DNA of 64,000 nucleotides. Source: Mobula hypostoma (lineage: Eukaryota). The stretch lies in assembly GCF_963921235.1 (NCBI RefSeq), contig NC_086108.1, forward strand, positions 94,924,001 to 94,988,000. The letters are read 5' to 3'. Below the pieces are notes generated by a model. It worked only from the letters and a program-made list of their open reading frames with translations. It was not told the DNA's origin and searched no databases. The position numbers and the translations under genes were made by a program. Positions 1 to 10,904 of this stretch are shown one piece after another. Every line of letters begins with the position of its first letter. The first letter of the stretch is position 1.

Positions 1-264
1 GTTAGAAATCTGTTCTCAACCGCACTGGCTAGAAGTTGAATCATATATCATGAGGCAATTGTTCAGAACCAAAACAAATATTCTAGTTATTTTCAAAGCA
101 AACCACAAACTTAAACCACTCACAATACAGCAGTAAAACTACCGTATGTCCTGTTAAGAAGTGAAATCATTCATAATTACTCCCTTATAACAATACACAA
201 GTCTCTAATTCCCTGATTTATATTCTATATGATTACACAACTACCATTAGCAGACCTATAAACA

Positions 265-537
265 TTTTTTATTATTTATTGCGAGATAGCACAGGATAGA
301 CACTAAGCTGCACCACCCAGCAACTCCGAACTTCACCCTAGTCTAACCATGGGAATATTTAAAATGACCAATTAACCTATTAAACAGAATGTCTTTAGAC
401 TTTGGGAGGAAACCAGAGCACCTGGAGGAAACCCACACGGTCACAGGGAGAACATACAAACTCCTTACAGATGGCAGTGGGAATTCAACCCAGATCGCTG
501 GTACTGTAAAGCATTGTGCTAACCACTAAACTACCAC
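265..537 (-). mobile_element. tRNA-derived V-SINE (HE1-like) in MTF2 intron 2
   Basis: Reverse complement gives a tRNA-like head (tagtggttagcac...gggttgaattccc) followed by the V-domain gtgtgggtttcctccaggtgctctggtttcctccca. Confidence 0.8.
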
Positions 538-1044
538 AATTGTTTTCAACATCTTAATTTTCCAATCAAGGATAATTACTCTCCACCATCATTATTCTAT
601 CTTTTATTACCCAAATTAAAATCATTGAGCAATTGTACAACAATAAATCTTCACACTATCAGAAAGTTCAAAACTCTGGTCATTTTTTAAAAAAAATACC
701 AATTATAAACAAGCTACTTATATCATATTGGGAATAAATAAAGTTAATAACACTTGACAGTGAATTCAAAGAGTTTATGCATCTAATCAATTTTGTACAT
801 GTTGGCAAAGAAAAAGGATGAGGGAAAGAAAAATTTATTCTTGAATTCCACACCTCACTAGCAATTTGTTAGCAATGATGAGCAAATGTCACCTCTGATA
901 CCAAGAATAATTTGCATTTCTCCCATAAATGTCAAAAAGACAAGACCAACAGCATCCTCTACATTTACATCATTCTACATGATCCGGCCTTGCTTCAGAA
1001 TAGATACTTGCTGTGGATTAAAGTTACGAGTATATTGTTTTTAC

Positions 1045-1243
1045 CTTTTTGACTGTTCCAAGATAAAATAAGCCATCTGACCACCTGGCTAGGACATCCT
1101 GGCCTTCCTCAAACTTGCACACAGGTCTTTTTCCTTTTGATCCATCCTGTAATGACAAAGGAACCGAGGACACTGGCGTCTTCAGGTTTTGATGGGAGGG
1201 AGATCGTTTGTGGAGAGATGAGTTACCTACTCCCGTACTGTCT
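1045..1243 (-). CDS. MTF2: MTF2 (Polycomb-like 2) coding exon 2, 199 nt; N-terminus and start of the Tudor domain
   Basis: Translates (R)[15 protein letters not shown]...[25 protein letters not shown], matching the vertebrate MTF2 N-terminus/Tudor. Acceptor ...tggacAG at 1245-1244 and donor GTaaaa at 1044-1043 on the minus strand. 5+199 nt = 68 whole codons. Confidence 0.96.
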
Positions 1244-2415
1244 CTGTCCATCAGGAAAATAGCATCATCAACTGGAATTTAAAGTTCAAATAAGGCAATT
1301 TTAGAACAATTTATCTACATATTACATTGTAAATCATATTTTATGACAACCTATTATGTTTAGTCTAAGCCCATCAAATTTAATCATACTTCCAAGTCAC
1401 CTGTGGAAGTTCACTCCCAGTTAGCCATGAAACCTTTTTCTTCTCTTCTTAAAAGTCCCATGATGCAGTATTATAACATTGCTTTAATTAGTTTAAAAAT
1501 GAGTCACAAAAAATACAAAAGGTCACTTAACGGTTTAAGTCAAAAAATAAAAACAAAAACTCATCCTTAACTTCAGATTAAGGTATAATTTGCTCATTTT
1601 TTGACATCAGCAAAATGCCTCAATGATTATTTTATTCTTAACTGCTTTGTTCTGCTTTACATTTGTGCACTGGAAATGACATTAAATCTTGTATCTTAAA
1701 CTCAGTTACATTTAACTTAAAATGTGTCACATTCTATAACTTAGATAATGTAAACCTTTATGCGGGGGGGGGGCAACTTTCAAATGTGGCGTTCAATTTG
1801 ACAGCAAAACAGCATTAAATTTGCACAAACACACACTCCTATTTAAGAGAAAATAACCGAACCAAACGAACGTAAAACATTATAAACTAAGTGTGTGGCA
1901 GCACATCGGCCTGCATAATGCTGTAGTAGCATGGTTATTAACACAAGCTCATTCATCACAAATTCTGATGCACGTACAAAATGCAATAGTAACTTCAAAA
2001 CCTGAACTAAACATCGTTTAAAGAAAACGAAACGATGCTGCCATATCAGCATAAAGATGCGGGCTAAAGAAATCCTCTAACCCTCCGCCTACTACCGACT
2101 GCATGAGCAGAAATCGAATCCCCCTCCAACCTATTAGACTTCATCTTAGACAAAGGCTGTGGGCAAATGTAAACAAAATGAACCAAACAACGCGTCTAAA
2201 ATCAGCCCTTTACAACCACACCACAGTAGGCCCAGAATATATTAAGACAGTCCGCGGTTTCTGCATCTAGAAGCCGGACACAGAGGGGCCACTTCCCCTC
2301 ACGGAAACGGGAACCGAGAGGCCTCGCTCTTGAGGCTCCAGAAAACCTTTCCCTCTTTTAAAAATAACAAAACAAACACACACAAAGAGAATATCACTTA
2401 AACAGCAGTACTCAC

Positions 2416-2420
2416 CTCAT
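2416..2420 (-). CDS. MTF2: MTF2 coding exon 1 (ATG AG, 5 coding nt), preceded by 5' UTR
   Basis: Minus strand reads ggccgaATGAG|gtgagt, a consensus donor. Joining to exon 2 gives ATG AGA GAC AGT ACG = MRDST, the known MTF2 start. Lies in a CpG-enriched region. Confidence 0.9.
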
Positions 2421-2529
2421 TCGGCCACTGCAGTGAAATCACTCTTTTTATGTTTTTCAAAAGCATACAGTGCCGTACACAACCACCCCTCTCGCTGCAA
2501 CCACTCCTGCTGCTACTCCTCACTCACAG

Positions 2530-2680
2530 TTAGGGGCACCTCAGCTCACACCAACGCCATTTTGGTTTCCCGCGGACCAGGCTATGCATTGTGGGGGAGG
2601 GAAGAATGAGACAGGCGCATGCGCGTTGGCCCCCGCGAGATGGAGAGAGGCTGGGTACTGTGGGTCGTTCAGTATGTCGG
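2530..2680 (-). promoter_or_regulatory. MTF2: MTF2 promoter / TSS region
   Basis: CpG-enriched. NRF1-type palindrome GCGCATGCGC at 2615-2624, YY1-type AAAATGGCG (minus, ~2555-2563) and ZNF143/SBS-like CCCACAATGCATAGC (minus, ~2581-2595) directly upstream of exon 1. Confidence 0.7.
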
Positions 2681-3409
2681 CAGTCTGTGCTCAGCTCATT
2701 CCCAAACTCTCAAAAAGAACGAAAAATCGGAATACGGACACCTCTTTCCAATGCATTAGTTGTTGCTCAATTGTCATATGTACCAATCCTTTTGTAATGT
2801 CATTGTATTTTTAATGTGAACGTTTTTTAAGTTGATGGACTCATGTCATCAGAAACATCAATTGGTTTTGCAGCGGTAGTCAATGTAATGTAAGTAAAGA
2901 GCATATCTACGACTGCATTTTTAAAATATATATGATATTGGAAATAACAGATATTAGACCAATAAAATAGGGATTGGGCGCAAGTTATAGTTTTCTTAAA
3001 ACTATTTTCTAAAAGATTTTGGAACAGATGGTGTTACTGTCAAGCCCGCCATTCATTGTGCGTTTATAACTTCCTTTAAAAAGAATCATAATCTTGAATT
3101 ACTGAAATCTTCTACTGAAGGTGGTGTATTGTTCAGAAACAGCGTTATTGTTACTGACATATGTCGTGAAATTTGTTATGTGGCAGCAGTACAGATCATA
3201 AAAATGATGTTATAAAATTAAACAGTGCAACAGACAAATAGTGTTCGTGAGTTCATGGACTGTTCAGAAATCTGATTGCAGCGGGGAAGAAAGTGTTTCT
3301 AAAACTTTGAGTGTGGGTGTTCAGGCTCCTGTACTTTCTCCCTGATGGTAGCAATGTGAAGAGAGTATCACCCAGATGGTAAGGGTCATTATAATGGATG
3401 CTGCCTTCA

Positions 3410-3810
3410 GACTGACTGTAACATCGAAATAATGACTGTAGCTGTCGCTGTGGAAAGAGCTATATCTGTCTCACCCTTATTAGTGACAGAGAGAGTTTGT
3501 GGGATGTCGAATTGTTGGAGTGGTTTTTGATGGACTGTAGACCATGGCCTGTCTTTGGGAGCTTTGCTGTTGCTTGCATGGTGGGTGGTGGGAACGCTGA
3601 TGCTTTATGCCAGAATAATTTGCGGAAAGGGGGAGTGTTGTTGCTTCTGCTTTTGCCATGGAATGGGGGCAGGGGGCTTTAGGATTCTTGCACCTTTTAT
3701 CTGTCATTCATTCTTTGGGGGCGTTTCTGTTTTGAGGAAGTCTTAAGAGAGTAAGAATTTCAGGTTGTATATTGTATACATTCTCTGATATTAAATTGAA
3801 CTATTGAACC
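3410..3810 (+). mobile_element. Non-coding retroelement fragment with a Rex1-type 3' tail
   Basis: Ends ...tttcaggttgtatattgtatacattctctgatattaaattgaactattgaac, similar to the LINE tail at ~26460-26490 plus 28071-28105; interrupts the Rex1-like LINE. Confidence 0.55.
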
Positions 3811-4157
3811 TGTCATAGTCCGGTCAGTGAAGTCCGTGTTCCGGTTCACGTCCAGTCCATGGTTCCTTGTTCTGGGGTTTCTGGTTTTCCCCAGTTTCTG
3901 TTGTGGGCACATGTTTCTCGTTTTGGGGCTGAGACTTAAATACTTCTGCAAACCACGGATTCCCAGCTGGACTGCCCTGTTCCCCTCCCTGTCTTTTCCC
4001 CCCTTGCTTGACTTGCTGCCTGGATACCTCGCCTGACTCTCTGCCTGCTCACCTAGCCTGGATACCCCGTCTGTATCGCTTAAGTTTTACCACCGGAGCA
4101 AGACCGGAGCCTTGTTAGGTCAAGATAAGGAACTGTCTTTCGTTGTGTGGAATTGCC

Positions 4158-4350
4158 TCTCTGTGTCCATGCCTTTGCTAGGTAGGTCCGGCCGTTTGCC
4201 ACTACCTAGTGTTGGGATCTGTCTCTGTGTCCATGCCTTCACTAGGTGGATCCGGCTATTTGCCGCTACCTAGTGTTGGGATCTGTCTCTGTGTCCACGC
4301 CTTCGCTAGGTGGGTCCAGCCATTTGCCGCCACCTTGTGTTGGGCCTGTC
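4158..4350. repeat. Three tandem copies of a 64-bp unit, each with an internal inverted repeat
   Basis: ctgtgtcca recurs at 4161, 4225 and 4289 (period 64). Confidence 0.9.
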
Positions 4351-4880
4351 TCCAAGCTCAAGCCTCAAGACCAAGACCCCAGCCTTGTCTCCAAGCTTCA
4401 AGCCTCAAGACCAAGACCCCAGCCTGAATCCAAGCTACAAGCCTCAAGACCAAGACCCCAGCCTGTCTCCAAGCTTCAAGACCAAGACCCCAGCCTGAAT
4501 CCAAGCTTCAAGACCAAGACCTCAGCTTGTCTCCAAGCTTCAAGCCTCAAGACCAAGACCCCAGCCTTGTCTCTAAGCTTCAAGCCTCAAAACCAAGACC
4601 CCAGCCTGTTTCCAAGCTTCAAGCCTCAAGACCAAGACCCCAGCCTGTCTTCAAGCCTCAAGACCAAGACCCCAGCCTGCCTTCAAGCCTCGACCAAGAC
4701 CCCAGCCTACCTTCAAGCCTCAAGACCAAGACCCCAGCCTGCCTTCAAGCCTCAAGACCAAGACCCCGGCCTGTCTCCAAGCTTCAAGCCTCAAGACCAA
4801 GACTCCGGCCTGTTTCCAAGCTTCAAGCCTCAAGACCAAGACCCCAGCCTGTCTCCAAGCCTCAAGACCCCCAGCCTCCA
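4345..4880. repeat. Modular minisatellite, ~14 units of ~31-40 bp (caagcttcaagcctcaagaccaagaccccagcctgtctc)
   Basis: Directly visible; accounts for the repetitive PSFKPQDQD / LQASRPRPQP ORFs. Confidence 0.95.
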
Positions 4881-6363
4881 GTCCTGCAGTCATGTCATGT
4901 CCATGCCTGGTTCTGGGGCCTGAGCCCAATGCAAGACCCAGACTCTGGGTCTTGTCCAGTCTCTGGCTCGGGGTCCAAGCCCTAGTCTGCGTTCTTGTCC
5001 CTGCTCCTTGTCTGTATCCTGTCTCGTCCCTACTGTAGTCAAGTCCTGTTCCTTGTACTTCAGTGTCTGTGTCTTGCATTTGGGTCCGTTACTAGCTCCC
5101 CCATTGTGACAACCTCTTGAACATGTACTTGATGTTAGGGAAGGTTGTGCCTGTAAGGGAATTAGTTGAGTCTACAACCTTCTGCAGTCTCTTGTAATTC
5201 TGTGCATTGGAGTCTCAATGCCAGGCTATGAAGCAATCAATCAGAATGCTCTTCACCAATGCCCACAGTAATTTGCAGAAGTATTTGGCGACATATAAAA
5301 TTTCTTCGAACCATTGAAGTAGAGCCCCTGGTGAGCCTTCTTCCTGATTACATCAATGTGTTGGAGCCAAGATAGATTGTCTGAGATGATGATACCCAGG
5401 AATTTGAAACTGCTCACCTTTTCCACTGCTGGCCCCTCACGAGTTTTCCCAACTTCCCCTTCCAGGAGTCTGTGATCAATTGTCTTGTTGATATTGAGAT
5501 TTGGTTGTTGATGCAACACTATTCAGCCTGCAGATCTATCACATCCCTGTACGCCTCCTTGTTGCTATCTGAGATTCTGTCAACGACGGTTCTGTCATCG
5601 GCGAATATATAGATGGTGTTTAAGCTGTGCCTTATCATAAAGTCACAGGTGTAGAGAGAGTAGAGCAGTGAGTTGGCTAAACACACGTCCTGGACCCTTG
5701 ATAAGGTAGTGAGGATCCAGTTGCAGAGGGAAATACAGACACCCATGTTTTGAATCTTGTTGATTAGTAATGATGGTGTTGATCACTTGAGCTGTAATCA
5801 ATAAACAGCAACCTGACATATGTTCAGCTATTATCTATGTGCTCCAAAGTTGAGTGGATAGCTACTGCAGTCATTAAGGTATGCAAAATTGCTGTCATAT
5901 TTTCTATCATATGAAGGCTTATACTTCATTGGCTGCCAATCATTTTACTGTCTCAAATACATGAAAACCTCTATGTTCGGATTTTATTTTACTTTGTGTT
6001 TCATTTTCTTGTGTTTATTTATTTTGTTTGCTATGGTTGGAGGGTAGCTTGGCATGAATGAAAAGAGCTGACATTGACCATTGTAGGCCACAAAGAATAT
6101 GTAGATTTTAGTGTCTATCTTATCATCCACCCTGCTTTAAAATGTGCTTCATATACTGTCACAAATGCTACATCTATCCTTTTCCTTCGCAGAATCTCTG
6201 CACCATCCTAACAATCTCTCACTTGTACTTCTATCAATTCCTGCTTATGTCCTGAATGCTTCTATTCCTGCAATGTCATCATACCTTTAACTTTCCATGC
6301 ATTCCACACAACATACTACCTTGAGACTAGTTAGAATTACTTTAAGGTATTAAAATGGAAGTA

Positions 6364-7161
6364 CAGTGGATTCCGTTTTCAGCAGCCGCTTATGTGGGAC
6401 AATTCTTAAACAACAAAAACTAATCAAGAAAATCGATGGGATTCCTTTTGCTTACTTGGGACACATGCCGCTTCATTGGGACAGGAGCACTTGCTGAACA
6501 ATTTCTAACTAGCGTTGGTCATGTGCACTGTGTGACCAATAAACACTACACCATGTCTGGAGCAAACAGTTGTTTAATAGACTCAATTGCATGTGTTTGT
6601 GCTCAAAAAGCCATGATTTTTGTCACTGAGAGTTAGCAAGAAATAGCAGTAAGAAAATTCAGAACTGTTTTGTTCACTGTGGGTGTAGCATTCAGGTTTG
6701 GAGATGCCAGAAACGGTTCGGAGTGAAAATGAAACGATTTCACTGCTTCAGTAACTATGAAGAATTTGAAGGTATTGACAATCATCTTGAACGTTACAGT
6801 TAAAATGAAGATTTGGAGAATGCAATCATCAAAAGAGCTCTGTGAATGCAGTCCATTATTTACACTAAGTGCACTGATTTTGTTCATTTACAGTCATTCA
6901 AAGAACACAGCAGCGTACACTGGATTAATTTATCAATAATTCTTCAAACTGATACATAATTTCATAGTACGGTGCGGGTGTTGGTAGTGTTCTAATTTGT
7001 TCTGTATTTTATTTAAATACATAATTTTTATTCATTAAAATTAGTTTGTTTTTTTTTACACCTTTTTAACTATTTCCATAAAATTTCAGCTAATTGGGAC
7101 AGCCACTAATTGGGCCAAAATGTACTGGTCCTGATGTGTACCAACTAACCGGAATCTATAG
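6364..7161. mobile_element. Non-autonomous Tc1/mariner (pogo/Tigger-like) DNA element
   Basis: ta|CAGTGGATTCCG ... CGGAATCTATAG|ta imperfect TIRs with TA duplication; subterminal tgggaca/aattggg motifs; no long ORF. Confidence 0.65.
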
Positions 7162-8311
7162 TAGTTTTTGAAAAAAATGGAAAATTTTCAAAATACATAA
7201 TAGAACAGCAAGTCTGGTTTCACTTGATTCTTTCTCTTACAGATTACAGATGTTAGCAATTCCAATCATTTACTGTACTTCTAATTGTAAATATATCACA
7301 GGTAGATTAACATTAGGATGCAAGACTCTCATCTTGATTCACGGAAATTTATGGAAAACGAGTTACAACAGCTGTATGATTGGAACATTTTAAGTTAACA
7401 CCCACACAGAATTTGTTTTGACCTGAAACGTTAACTGTTTCTCTTTCCATAATTACTGCCAGATATTTTTCAGTATTTTCTGGTTTTAATCTTTCCTCAT
7501 CACTCTTTAAGAATGAAGGAAGATTAATCTTAATCAATTATTTTTTATTAAAATTAATTAATTTTAACCTTTGCTCATCATTCCCGTATGTGGCTCTTGC
7601 ATTCTTATTTGCCCACTTACATGATTCAAAATCACACTACATGATGGTCACAAGTTTGAGCATAACCTTCAAACCTGCTTTGGAACTCATCTTGATATCA
7701 GATCCTGCACTTGTCCAATTTTTCTGTAAGTGGATCTCATACTTGTTAGACCATAAGACCCTAAGATATAGGAGTAGAGGTAGGCCATTCAGCCCATTGA
7801 GTCTGCTCTGCCATTCAATCATGGGCTGATCCAATTCTTCCAGTTGTTCCCACCCCCGTGCCTTCTCCCCATACCTTTTCATGCCCTGGCTAATCAAGAA
7901 CCTATCTATCTCTGCTTTAAATACACCCAATGACTTGGCCTCCACAGCCTCTCATGGCAACAAATTCCACAGATTTACCACCCTCTGACTGAAATAATTT
8001 CTCCACATCTCTGTTCTAAATAGATGTCCTTCAATCCTGAATTCGTGCCCTCTTATCCTAGATTCCCCTACCATGGGAAATAACTTTGCCATATTTCATC
8101 TGTTCAGGCCTTTGAACATTCAGAATGTTTCTATGAGATACCCCCTCATTCTCCTGAACTCCAGGAAATACGGCCGAAGAGCTGCCAGACGTTCCTCATA
8201 TGGTAACCCTTTCATTCCTGGCATCATTCTCTTGAATCTTCTCTGAACTCTCTCCAATGTCAGTATATCCTTTCTAAAATAAGGAGTCCAAAACTGCACA
8301 CAATACTCCAA

Positions 8312-8447
8312 ACAACAGGAATTCTGCAGATGCTGGAAATTCAAGCAACATACATCAAAGTTGCTGGTGAACGCAGCAGGCCAAGCAGCATCTATAGGAA
8401 GAGGCGCAGTCGACGTTTCAGGCCGAGACCCTTCGTCAGGACTATAT
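8312..8447 (-). mobile_element. Penelope pLTR mini-insertion carrying a hammerhead ribozyme
   Basis: 8311-8444 is identical by eye to 60701-60834; flanked by 14-bp TSD acacaatactccaa (8298-8311, 8448-8461). Confidence 0.9.
8408..8443 (-). ncRNA. Minimal type I hammerhead ribozyme motif
   Basis: Minus strand AGUC-CUGACGA-AGGGUCUCGGCCU-GAAAC-GUC-GACU: both core boxes, helix I AGUC/GACU and palindromic ACGU helix III. Confidence 0.8.
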
Positions 8448-8751
8448 ACACAATACTCCAAGTGTGTTCTCATGAGTTCATAGAGCCTCAACATCACGTC
8501 CCTGCTCTTACATTCTATACCTCTAGAAATGAATGCCAACATTACATTTGCCTTCTGCACCACTGACTCAAACCTAGAGGTTAACCTTCAGTGTATTCTG
8601 CACAAGTACTCCCAAATCCCTTTATATCTCTGCATTTTGAATTCTCTGCCCATCTAAATAATAGTCTGCCCATTTATTTCTTCCACCAAAGTGCATGACC
8701 ATACACTTCCCAACCTTGTATTTAATTTGCCACATCTTTGCCCATTCCCCT

Positions 8752-9374
8752 CAGGCGGGAGGAGAAGATGGCGGTGCACCTGCACGTGCGCAGCCCTCCA
8801 GTGAAAAATGATATTGTATCTGTTAAACAGGGGCCGTAGACAATTCTGATTTGATGGAGAATGGATGTGAAAGCACAGAGGAACATCTGGAGAAATTGCT
8901 AAAACGCTCATTCGCTGCTGTCATTACTGCGTGGTTGGGAATCTCTCGGAGGGTAGGCCTCAAAATCCCCAGCCTTGCCTGCTTTTGGTGACCGAGAAGG
9001 AAGTGGAATCATTCGGACAGAGATGGCGCTCAGTACTCGGTGTCGGAGAGCTGATCAGAGCTCGAAGTTTTTGGATGACTCAGAGTCGGATTGTAGTCAG
9101 CATGGTAGGGAGAGTTTTTCTTCCTTCTCCCGTCTGCGTGAGATGTGGGACATCTGAGAGACTTTGAATTTTACTGTGCTCATGGATTTCTTCATCAAGT
9201 TATGGTATTGTTGCACTGTTGTAACTATATGTTATAATTATGTGGTTTTGTCAGTTTTTTCAGTCTTGGTGTGTCCTGTGTTTTGTGATATCACACCAGA
9301 GGAAATATTGTATCATTACTTAATGCATGCATTACTAAATGACAATAAAAGAGGACTATGTGTCTTCATAATCT
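8752..9374 (+). mobile_element. Non-autonomous LINE-like element (~620 bp) inserted into CR1
   Basis: Begins ggagAAGATGGCGg (8765-8773) and ends ...aaatgacaataaaagaggactatgtgtcttcataatct; CR1 sequence resumes on both sides; no RT ORF. Confidence 0.65.
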
Positions 9375-10904
9375 AAACTATCTTAGTCTCTCTGCCGGCT
9401 CTCTTATTTCCTCAACACTACCCACTTCTCCACCTATCTTCCTATCATCAGCAAATTTAGCCACAAATCCATCAATCCCATAGTCCAAGGCATTGTAAAA
9501 AGCAGTGGTTCCAACACCAACCCCTATGGAACTCTACTAGTAACCGGCAGCCAGCCAGAATAGGATCCCTTTATTCCCACTCTCTGTTTTCTGCCAAACA
9601 GCCAATGCTCCACCCATGCTAGTAACTTCCCTGTAATTCCATGGGCTCTTATCTTGCTAAGCAGCCTCATATGCGACACTTTGACAAAGGCCTTCTGATA
9701 ATCCAAGTACATCACATCTACTGCATCTCCTTTGTGTACCCTACTTGTAATTTCCTCAAAAAAAATTCCAATCAGGCAGGATTTTCCTTTCAGGAAACCA
9801 TGCTGGCTTTGGTCTATCTTGTCACGTGCCTCCAGGCACTCCGCAATCTCATCCCTAACAATCAATTCCAACAACTTCCCAACCACTGATGTCAGGCTAA
9901 CAGGTCTATAGTTTCCTTTCTGCTGCCTCCCACCCTTCTTAAATCATGGAGTAACGTTTGCAATTTTCCAGTCATCCGGTACAATGCCAGAATCTATCGA
10001 TTCTTGAAAGATCATTGTTAATGCCTCCGCAATCTCTCCAGCTACTTCCTTCAGATCCCAAGGGTGCATCCCATCAGGTCCAGGAGATGTATCCACCCTC
10101 AGACCATTAAGCTTCCCGACTACCTTCTCAGTTATAATTTTCACCGCACGTACTTTACTTCCTCGACACTCTTGAATGTCTGGTAGACTGCAGTTGTCTT
10201 CCACTGTGAAGTATATTGTAGTATATTGGTACATATAAGGTATAATGTTGAAAACTAGCACTTTTGTCCAACCATTCTATATCTTAATTTATTTATCAAT
10301 TTTGAAAATCATAGTTTGATTCAGCTGAATCACTGTGGTTTTATGATAGGAAAAATGTGTTTTATAAATATGGAGTTTCTGAAAGATATAACAAGAAAGG
10401 CAAACAGCAAAATATGTTGCATTTCTAATTTTCAGAAGTTATTCAATAGCTGCTGTTCAAAAGGATGTTAAATTAAAAGTGGCCTATAGCCATGTGACTG
10501 TATACTTTTGAGGTCAAAATTCTCCGACGGTCAAGTCGGTTAGAGACTGACCTAGAATCCTTTAGACACTACCAAGACAGTTTACTAGTGACATTAAAGA
10601 AACAGATTGATACAGTTCCAAGATACGATGGTGTCTGACATGGAAGAGGAATTGGAGATAGTGGTGATCCTGTGCATCTGCTCTCGTTGTCCCAGGTGGT
10701 GGAAGAGATATCTGTGTGGCATTTCCCATTTAAAAAGACACGACAAGCTGCTGCATTGCATTTCAAAAACAGTCCAAGTACTGCTGACTGAAGGAGTAAA
10801 TGTATTCTAAATAACAAGGTTGGATCTAGGTGAGCAAAGACAATACATTTTTGAGTGATACCTGGTATATGGTCAAAAGAGTTTAGGAAGTCAGGAGGTA
10901 GGTC

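Larger units (their letters stand above)
3811..5111 (+). mobile_element. Solo LTR (Gypsy-like) containing two tandem-repeat arrays
   Basis: Termini TGTCA...TGACA. Flanks are aacc / acct (imperfect 4-bp TSD; AACCT is repeated if the terminal bases are included). TATA-like ttaaata near 3936. Confidence 0.7.
3140..5870 (-). mobile_element. Degenerate Rex1/Babar-like LINE (RT C-terminal half plus tail), split by nested insertions at ~3410-5120
   Basis: ORFs 5519-5746 (IYIFADDRTVV) and 5253-5519 (VEKVSSFKFLGIIISDNLSW); the LLPSGR-type 3' portion continues at ~3290-3410. Confidence 0.75.
7748..10212 (-). mobile_element. 5'-truncated CR1 LINE carrying two nested insertions
   Basis: ORF pieces with SPGPDGMHP, QHGFLKGKSCL, YLDYQKAF and LEYCVQFW; CR1 3' tail with ataagacc-type repeats at ~7750. 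Confidence 0.9.

Noticed and set aside
1244..1251. ATG at 1251 (MDRDST...) as the MTF2 start
   Set aside because: It is intronic, just upstream of the AG acceptor. The canonical MRDST start is rebuilt from the ATGAG exon at 2416-2420.
4158..4880. Repeat arrays superficially like a CRISPR array
   Set aside because: No unique spacers, no cas genes, and a vertebrate context.
4246..5079. Long repetitive ORFs (225, 152 and 119 aa) resembling a low-complexity protein
   Set aside because: By-products of a stop-poor minisatellite inside a solo LTR; open in several frames and on both strands, with no splice or homology support.
7405..7490. Possible further hammerhead (gacctgaaacgttaactg)
   Set aside because: Looks like an old Penelope pLTR trace, but the CUGANGA box is missing, so it is not called as a ribozyme.
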